Of a stretch of 24,960 bases of DNA, positions 1 to 6,400 are shown piece after piece. The notes below the pieces were generated by a model that was given only the letters and a program-made list of their open reading frames with translations, was not told the origin of the DNA and did no database searches. The stretch spans positions 1 through 24,960 of IMG/VR virus record IMGVR_UViG_3300025387_000068; one strand, 5' to 3'. Numbering within the stretch: position 1 is the stretch's first letter; each line of letters begins with the position of its first letter. Both the position numbers and the translations under genes were made by a program. The stretch is from a virus. Lineage: Duplodnaviria > Caudoviricetes.

Positions 1-1
1 G

Positions 2-103
2 AAAAAAGAAATTGCCAATCAAGACGCAATGCTAGAACGCCAAACAGCCCGTATCGTTGAACTGCAAGAACACATTGAAAACTTTGATGGAGAAGACCGA
101 TGA
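2..103 (+). CDS. Hypothetical protein, 3' end only (coiled-coil-like)
   Basis: The open frame from base 2 reads KKEIANQDAMLERQTARIVELQEHIENFDGEDR*. Its stop overlaps the next ATG (ATGA, 100-103). Not in the ORF track. Confidence 0.6.
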   Translation, partial: KKEIANQDAMLERQTARIVELQEHIENFDGEDR

Positions 104-192
104 TTTGCGAGCATTGTAATTATCGATGTGCGTTGCGCGGATTAATTGTTTGTCGTAAATGTTTTAACGAATTTTCTGGAGAAGACCGATGA
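88..192 (+). repeat. 16-bp exact direct repeat TGGAGAAGACCGATGA (88-103 and 177-192)
   Basis: Read directly. Each copy contains a GGAG RBS plus an overlapping start/stop ATGA. Confidence 0.9.
100..192 (+). CDS. 30-aa Cys-rich mini-protein (CxxC...CxxC, putative Zn-binding)
   Basis: Manual translation gives MICEHCNYRCALRGLIVCRKCFNEFSGEDR*. There is a GGAG RBS at 89-92 and ATGA overlaps at both ends. Confidence 0.6.
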   Translation: MICEHCNYRCALRGLIVCRKCFNEFSGEDR

Positions 193-641
193 ATGATTTA
201 ATTGAACGCTTACGGCTGGGTGATGGTACAAGCCCCGACCATTTTCTGTTACTTGAAGCGGCAGATGCGCTGGAAAAGTCTGTGGAGTGTATGTGCGGTA
301 TTTGTAAATTAGGGCCAACCGCAGCACAGCCAGAGCAAGAGCCTGTGGAGTACTGCACGGCCTATTATTGTGCTGGAGACTGTGGGCAGCCACACAACCA
401 AAAAGAAATGCAAGAGTTTCTTCGGGCACAGCCAGAGCAAGAGCCTGTGAAGCTAGTTGAATACAACTGCCGTTGCGGCAGGGTGATGAAGTTTGAATCA
501 GAGCATGGCGTTGTTGCGCCGCAGCGCACATGGGTAGGTCTGACGGATGAGGAGCGAATCGACATTGCATACGATGCAAAGCGCGATGAAGTTGTGGCGG
601 TAAAACTGACCGAAGCCAAATTAAGGAGTAAGAACACATGA
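189..641 (+). CDS. Hypothetical modular phage protein with two AQPEQEPV repeats and a C-terminal RTWVGLTDEE...EAKLRSKNT segment
   Basis: 150-aa ORF with GGAG RBS at 178-181 and ATGA coupling at both ends. Confidence 0.8.
   Translation: MNDLIERLRLGDGTSPDHFLLLEAADALEKSVECMCGICKLGPTAAQPEQEPVEYCTAYYCAGDCGQPHNQKEMQEFLRAQPEQEPVKLVEYNCRCGRVMKFESEHGVVAPQRTWVGLTDEERIDIAYDAKRDEVVAVKLTEAKLRSKNT
324..449 (+). repeat. 24-bp exact direct repeat GCACAGCCAGAGCAAGAGCCTGTG (324-347 and 426-449)
   Basis: Read directly. Both copies encode AQPEQEPV in frame. Confidence 0.9.
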
Positions 642-937
642 CAACTGCCAAAAAAACAGCCGCTAAGAAGGCCCCAGCAAAGAAGGTGGTGGCCAAGCCT
701 ACCCCAGCCAAGAAAACGGCCCCCAAGCGCGTTCTGGTAAGCCAGCGCACCCTTGCCAGCGTAAAGAAGGACGAGATGTTTGCCATGCCCCAAGAGGTCA
801 AGGAATGGATCGAACGCTCTTCAAGCATCATGAAGCACCAAGCCAACCAGATTGAGCAATTGAAGGAAGAGAACGCCAAGCTCAAAGCGTACAGAAAATT
901 CGCAGAGCAAAAGATACTGGGGACAAGTTATGAGTGA
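638..937 (+). CDS. Hypothetical protein with Lys/Ala/Pro-rich (histone-H1-like) N-terminus and C-terminal coiled coil
   Basis: AKKTAAKKAPAKKVVAKPTPAKKTAPKR at the N-terminus and QIEQLKEENAKLKAY heptads near the C-terminus. AAGGAG RBS upstream and ATGA overlap. Confidence 0.75.
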   Translation: MTTAKKTAAKKAPAKKVVAKPTPAKKTAPKRVLVSQRTLASVKKDEMFAMPQEVKEWIERSSSIMKHQANQIEQLKEENAKLKAYRKFAEQKILGTSYE

Positions 938-1211
938 ATACGAGGGGCCTGAGTGCCACCAAAAATACACCGTGCCGGCAAGCATGACGATGGAGGTGCC
1001 CAAGCACAACAGCGTGCTCAAGTTCTTCAACCAAGATGGTGACGAAGTGGGCATGCTGGACTTCAACGGCCCCGGATTAGCATTTGAGGGCGTGGCCGAG
1101 ATGAGCGCCATCGTGTTCATGGACTGGGTAAGCAAGAAGTTCATGGCGCGCCTGAAAGAAGAGTACGACAGAGGCTTCAAAGACGGGAAGTCTTCCCAAA
1201 ACACAGAGTGA
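930..1211 (+). CDS. Hypothetical phage protein
   Basis: 93-aa ORF overlapping the previous gene's end, in the same direction as its neighbours. Confidence 0.7.
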   Translation: MSEYEGPECHQKYTVPASMTMEVPKHNSVLKFFNQDGDEVGMLDFNGPGLAFEGVAEMSAIVFMDWVSKKFMARLKEEYDRGFKDGKSSQNTE

Positions 1212-1221
1212 GGAGTTAAAC

Positions 1222-1262
1222 TTCCAGTTATGCGCTGAGATATGCGCGAAAAAGGACTGGAA
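1222..1262 (+). promoter_or_regulatory. Intergenic RNA stem-loop upstream of terS with UGAGAUAU terminal loop
   Basis: TTCCAGT (1222-1228) pairs with ACTGGAA (1256-1262). Inner GCGC (1232-1235) / GCGC (1244-1247) closes TGAGATAT. The same loop recurs at 10878-10885. Confidence 0.55.
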
Positions 1263-1333
1263 TATGACCGACAAAGCAAAGTTAGTATTCACTCACGTAG
1301 ACAATAAACAATTCAGATTTATTGGAGGTGAGA

Positions 1334-1699
1334 ATGGCAACTGGTAATAAGGGCGCAGGAAGGCCTGCAGGAAGCCCAAACAAGGCCACGCAAGAGGCTC
1401 GGCAGGCCATAGGTGCCTTCGTCGATGGAAACGCTCACAGGCTCACTGAATGGCTTGATCAGGTGGCAGCAGGTGTGAAGGTTCTTGACCCAGAGACTGG
1501 CGAAGACAAGTACATCGTCCCACCGAACCCAGCCAAAGCGTTCGACATGTTCCAAAGCGTGGTGGAGTATCACGTGCCCAAGCTGGCCAGGACAGAACTG
1601 ACGGGCGACCCGAACAAGCCGATGCAGGTGGACATGCATGTGACGGTGTTCGGTGAGTTGCTCAAAGCAATGAAGATGCAACGCCAGTCGGAAGTATGA
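1334..1699 (+). CDS. terS: Terminase small subunit (putative)
   Basis: GGAGGTG RBS at 1324-1330 favours ATG 1334 over TTG 1322. The N-terminal GRPAGSPNK motif is typical of small terminases, and the gene overlaps terL by ATGA. Confidence 0.75.
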   Translation: MATGNKGAGRPAGSPNKATQEARQAIGAFVDGNAHRLTEWLDQVAAGVKVLDPETGEDKYIVPPNPAKAFDMFQSVVEYHVPKLARTELTGDPNKPMQVDMHVTVFGELLKAMKMQRQSEV

Positions 1700-3129
1700 G
1701 CGCTGTCCAAGCTTTGCTGGAGGACACAGAGTATCTTGCGGCCGAGTTCGCCAAGCTGACGCCCGTCGCCCAGGCGGTAGTCAACTGGCAGATGAAGTGG
1801 CACAAGGAGGCTCACAAGCACCAGATCGAGCCACCAGGGGACTGGTGGAACATCTGGCTCATGCTGGCTGGACGAGGAGCCGGAAAGACCCGTGCGGCCG
1901 CCGAGACGCTGGCCTTCTGGGCATGGGAGCAACCCAACACCCGCTGGCTGGTGTCGGCCCCCACCAGTGGCGACGTCCGTGGCACATGCTTTGAGGGCGA
2001 CTCAGGCCTGCTGAAGGTGATCCCCGAGAGCCTAATCGCCGACTACAACAAGAGCCTGCACGAGATCAAGCTGGTCAACGGATCATTCATCAAGGGCATC
2101 GCCGCCAGTGAGCCTGAGCGCTTCCGTGGCGGTCAATGGCACGGGGCATGGCTGGACGAGTTGGCCGCATGGGACTACCTGCAGGACGCCTGGGACATGA
2201 TCATGTTCGCTGTGCGCCTGGGAACCCGCACTAGGATCATTGCATCGACCACGCCCAAGCCCAAGCCACTGGTCATGGACTTGCTGGGGCGCGAAGGCGA
2301 CGACGTGGTGGTGACCAAGGCGTCCACCTACGTCAACGTGGCCAACTTGGCGCCATCATTCCAGAAGCAAATCTTGCAGTACGAGGGCACCAATCTCGGC
2401 CGGCAGGAGATTCACGCCGAGATCATCGACCCCGAGGAGGGCGGCATCGTCAAGAGGGATTGGTTCAGACTGTGGCCCGACAACAAGCCGTTCCCCAAGC
2501 TTGAGTACATCCTGCAGTCCTACGACTGCGCCACCAGCGACAAGACCATCAACGACCCGACCGGGTGCATCACGTTTGGCGTGTTCAAGCCCCTGGACGG
2601 CGGCATGTGCGTCATGGTGCTGGACTGCTGGCAGGATCACCTGCAGTACCCGCAACTGCGCCCCAAAGTTATCGACGAGTTCGAGACGGTCTACGGCGAG
2701 GGCAAGAACAAGAAGCTGGTGGACGTCATCCTGGTGGAGGACAAGAGCGCCGGCATCTCCCTTATCCAGGACTTGCAGCAGGCCCACCTGCCCGTCATCG
2801 CGTACAACCCCGGCCGAGCCGACAAAGTGCAACGCCTGTCCATCGTGGCCAACATCATCAAGGCCGGCCGTGTCTGGGTGCCCGAGAGCAGCAACCGCAA
2901 GGGATTCGTGCGTGACTGGGCCGAGGGCATGGTCAGCCAAATCTGCTCATTCCCCGAGGGCACGGTGCATGATGAGTTTGTGGACTGCATCAGCCAGGGC
3001 CTGCGCTACCTGCGCGACGCCGGCTGGATCAGCATCGACTTCCCCCGAAGAGACGACCTCGAAGAGGAAGACATCACTGACGCTGAGATATACAACATGC
3101 GAACCAGAACCAATCCATATGGAGCTTAG
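1696..3129 (+). CDS. terL: Terminase large subunit
   Basis: Walker A LAGRGAGKT, Walker B AWLDE, coupling motif STTPKP, and C-terminal RNase-H-like nuclease acidic motifs (SYDCA...D, VEDK, HDEFVD). Confidence 0.95.
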   Translation: MSAVQALLEDTEYLAAEFAKLTPVAQAVVNWQMKWHKEAHKHQIEPPGDWWNIWLMLAGRGAGKTRAAAETLAFWAWEQPNTRWLVSAPTSGDVRGTCFEGDSGLLKVIPESLIADYNKSLHEIKLVNGSFIKGIAASEPERFRGGQWHGAWLDELAAWDYLQDAWDMIMFAVRLGTRTRIIASTTPKPKPLVMDLLGREGDDVVVTKASTYVNVANLAPSFQKQILQYEGTNLGRQEIHAEIIDPEEGGIVKRDWFRLWPDNKPFPKLEYILQSYDCATSDKTINDPTGCITFGVFKPLDGGMCVMVLDCWQDHLQYPQLRPKVIDEFETVYGEGKNKKLVDVILVEDKSAGISLIQDLQQAHLPVIAYNPGRADKVQRLSIVANIIKAGRVWVPESSNRKGFVRDWAEGMVSQICSFPEGTVHDEFVDCISQGLRYLRDAGWISIDFPRRDDLEEEDITDAEIYNMRTRTNPYGA

Positions 3130-3138
3130 TAGAAACCC

Positions 3139-3186
3139 TTACTAATCTGATTAGTAATCAAAAGTAGTTACTAATCAGATTAGTAA
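3139..3186. promoter_or_regulatory. Two 19-bp palindromes TTACTAATC(T/A)GATTAGTAA (3139-3157, 3168-3186), putative tandem operator
   Basis: Each has perfect 9-bp arms around one central base. The two copies are exact reverse complements, 10 bp apart, directly before the AGGAG RBS of the 3203 ORF. Confidence 0.8.
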
Positions 3187-3202
3187 AACATTAGGAGTAA
3201 AA

Positions 3203-3397
3203 ATGAAACATGACGACTTTATTGAAATCCAAGTGGGCGAGAATTATTTCAAGGTTATCAACTTGGCAAACGTTAAGACAACGGTTTGCGCTAACCGGTT
3301 CGAGATCAGTACCGAGCCGGGAAACGACATCAACGAACAACAAGCAGTCCAAGCTCTACGTGAATGGATTCAAAAGCGCCGGCAAGAGAACATGTGA
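3203..3397 (+). CDS. Hypothetical protein (64 aa)
   Basis: Strong TAGGAG RBS and ATG, in an AT-rich stretch between terL and the giant gene. Confidence 0.7.
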   Translation: MKHDDFIEIQVGENYFKVINLANVKTTVCANRFEISTEPGNDINEQQAVQALREWIQKRRQENM

Positions 3398-3436
3398 TGC
3401 ACTAGGCGTGTGTCAGACGTATGGAGACTGCCCTGA

Positions 3437-3465
3437 TTGCCCAAGGCGTCGACCGAAGGCATAAT
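3437..3465 (+). promoter_or_regulatory. Sigma70-like promoter for the giant gene
   Basis: TTGCCC (3437-3442), a 17-bp spacer, then CATAAT (3460-3465). It is overlapped by the inverted repeat TGCCCAA (3438-3444) / TTGGGCA (3465-3471). Confidence 0.45.
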
Positions 3466-3487
3466 TGGGCATTCACTGAGGGCAACC

Positions 3488-6400
3488 ATGGCAACTAATC
3501 CGACCATTGCAAGGATGATGGCAGAACTCAAAGACGCCGCAGGCAATGAGCCACTGGACATTGTTGGCAACACCAAGCGCAACTTGCAAGGCGCATTCAA
3601 TGTAGTCAAGAACGTGCCGAGCAACTTGCAACGCATGGTGACTGATCCAGTTGCGTATGCCAAGAGCCTGCCAGCGCCGACTGGTGAGCAAATGATGAAC
3701 ATGTTTCAACCGGGGCATGTGGGAGGATTGGCTGGTGTAATCAAGCCTACTGGCGGCAACTGGTTGAACAACAGCGTGGAAAATTCACTGAAGACTCTGC
3801 TGGACGAAAGAGGAATACGTCCAGACAAACTGAAGGAATTAAAGGCGGATTTAGCTGAAATATCTGCGCTTCCAAATGCGGCAAAAAAACATGATTATGT
3901 GATCCGTCAAATAAAAGACGAGATTGAAAATTCTCGCATTCCCAACGCCCTCAACAACTGGGTGGAACGCAACCTGACCAACTACGTCAAGAAGCAGATG
4001 GCGACGCCCGATGACCCAGTGCGCAAGCTGGCCGAGGAAGGCATCACGCACATGCCTGCCAATGAGATTGACTACGCAAATGCATTTATGCCTGAATCAC
4101 TGGCAGTGAAGCGCATGGTTGCAGGCTTTGATCCCAGCGATGTTGGTGCATCAAATGCGGCAAAAGGCTGGGAGCGTATTACCGACGAGATGCTCAACGT
4201 CGGCACGGCTGGGCAACACACAAGGCCGTTGACGCCGACAGAAATTCGTCAGGGATACAAGTCGACCGTGGAAGACAACCCTTGGCTGACCAAACTTGAT
4301 CCAGCCACGCCAATCTATTACCCCGAAAACATGAGTTCTCTATCAAGAGACCTTGGCTTCGACCACATCATGGACGTCCTGCGTGAAGACGTAGCTTCTG
4401 GCCGCATCCGTCCTGAGCAACTGAACAAGGTCAGCATGGAGCAGGCTGTGCGCCGCGCCTATGAGTACGACCAAGAGCTTGCCGCCAAGATGAACGCAGA
4501 GCGTGCGGCAAAACGCGAAGGTCTGCCTGTCCACAAAGAGTATCCTGAAGGATATAAGTGGATTGAGTTGAACAAACCCGGATCGTTTGCGTCTGAGTCT
4601 GACGCCATGGGCCACTCAGTGCGTGGTTATGAGCCGCCAGTAGGCCATCCCGATTGGGTTGAAGGCTCTGGCAAAATGGGGCATTCTGGCTACGGCCATG
4701 GCGGCTGGGAGGGCATCAAGAGCGGCAAAGCCAAGGTCTATTCACTGGTTGACGCAAAAGGTGAGCCACACGTCACCATTGAGACTAAAACAAAAGGCGT
4801 TTTAGATGACAACGATTTTGGACAAAATGACACAAGAATTGTTGAAGGTAGAGGCGAGTTTGGGGAGCGAGGTTACAAAACAAGTGACAATCAATTTTTT
4901 GAATCATATGCGGATGCTGTTGATCATGAAAAAATGATACAGACACCAACTGCGGAGGAATTAAAACAGCCATCAAGCATTACTCAAATCAAAGGCAAAA
5001 GCAACGCCGCCCCCAAAGAGGAGTACCTGCCATACGTTCAGGACTTTGTGAAGAGTGGTAATTGGTCTGACGTGGGAGACCCACAAAATGCCGGACTTCG
5101 CAGATATGGTGATGTGTTTAACGTAAATGAGCAGCGTGCCATTAAAGCAAGTGGACAACCTGTTCCAAATCACGAGTACCTTACTGGCGAAGACATTCAA
5201 CGTCTTCACAACATCATCACGCCAGAAGGTAAGCGTTTGAAATACGACATCAAAGGCAACATTGTTGGTGCAGAAGAAGGCTCTGGCTACGCCCGTGGTG
5301 GCAAAGTCCATATGTCCAAAGGTGGCGATCCATCCCTAGACGTCATGCGCCTAGCGCTGACCAAGCACGGCATGTATTCCCCGCTTGAGAAGGCAACCAT
5401 GGCGGTGAACCGCACAAAGGGAACACCCGCAGAGTTCATGGCTGAGGCTTCCAAACAACCGGGATTCCGCAAAGAAGAGGTGGTTGACCGCAAACTACAT
5501 CTGCCTGAGCAAAAGATGACCAAGGCAGAGTTACTGGCGCATCTCAAAAAGTCACCGATGCCCCATGTGACTGAGAACGTCCTCTCTGACTATGGAGACG
5601 ACGAATACAGACTCGCCGACCTTGCATCTCAAGCACTGTACGGTCAGACCTACGATGAGGTCATGGACGACCGCAATGCCATGAGAAAGGTTGATGACTG
5701 GATCAAACAGAACACAGCCAAGTATCAGGACTATCAGTTGCCCGGAGGCAAGAAGTACCGTGAGATGCTATTGCAGTTGCCTCACTTCAGCGAGAGCGAT
5801 GAACTGCGCATGATGGAGTTGGAGGCTGACAAACGCCGCTCTTCATATCCTCAGTACTGGGGAATGGATGGACGCCAAGCCCAAGAACTGGCTGAGTTAA
5901 AGGCACGCAAGGCATCGATGGGTGATCAGTACCACTCAAGCCACTGGCAAGGACACCCCAACGTCATCGCCCACATTCGCATGAGTGACCGCACTGGACC
6001 CAATAAAGAAAAGCTCTTGCACTTGGAAGAGATTCAGTCGGACTGGCACCAGGAAGGCCGCAAGCATGGCTACAAAGGCCAGCACACGGGAGAAATGGCT
6101 GAGTATCAAAAGCTGCTCAAACAGTTTGAAGCAGGGACATTGCCAGCAGATAAATATGACCATTTTTATGAATTGCAGGACAATCTTGGGGGCGGCATTG
6201 AAGCCGAAAGAAAAAGTGCAGTTCCCGACGCCCCATTCAAAAAGAACTGGCACGAGTTAGCGCTCAAGCACGCCCTGCATCACGCGGCTAAACATGGCTA
6301 CCACGGCATAGTGATTACGCCCGGCAAAGAGCAAGCTGAGCGCTATCCAAGGCAAAACGAGTCAGAAAAAGTTTCCCAAGAACATGGCATGAAAACTTTT

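Noticed and set aside
142-885. 247-aa minus-strand ORF and other minus-strand ORFs over 142-1932
   Set aside because: They are antisense to a tightly coupled chain of + strand genes with clear RBSs and show no recognisable motifs.
3083-3091. Third CTGAGATAT occurrence
   Set aside because: It lies inside terL coding sequence (A-E-I-Y) and the flanks do not pair, so it is not counted as a hairpin copy.
2356-3145. Long overlapping ORFs within terL (2356..2940 -, 2501..3145 +, 2565..2915 +)
   Set aside because: Shadow frames expected from GC-rich codon usage, with low-information Arg/Ser/Pro-rich translations.
3139-3186. Possible mini CRISPR array or intrinsic terminator
   Set aside because: Only two 19-bp units with a 10-bp gap and no cas genes. 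The stem is AT-rich and lacks a U-tract.
3437-3487. TTG start for the giant ORF
   Set aside because: The TTG coincides with the putative -35 box, and ATG 3488 has a better-placed GAGGG RBS.
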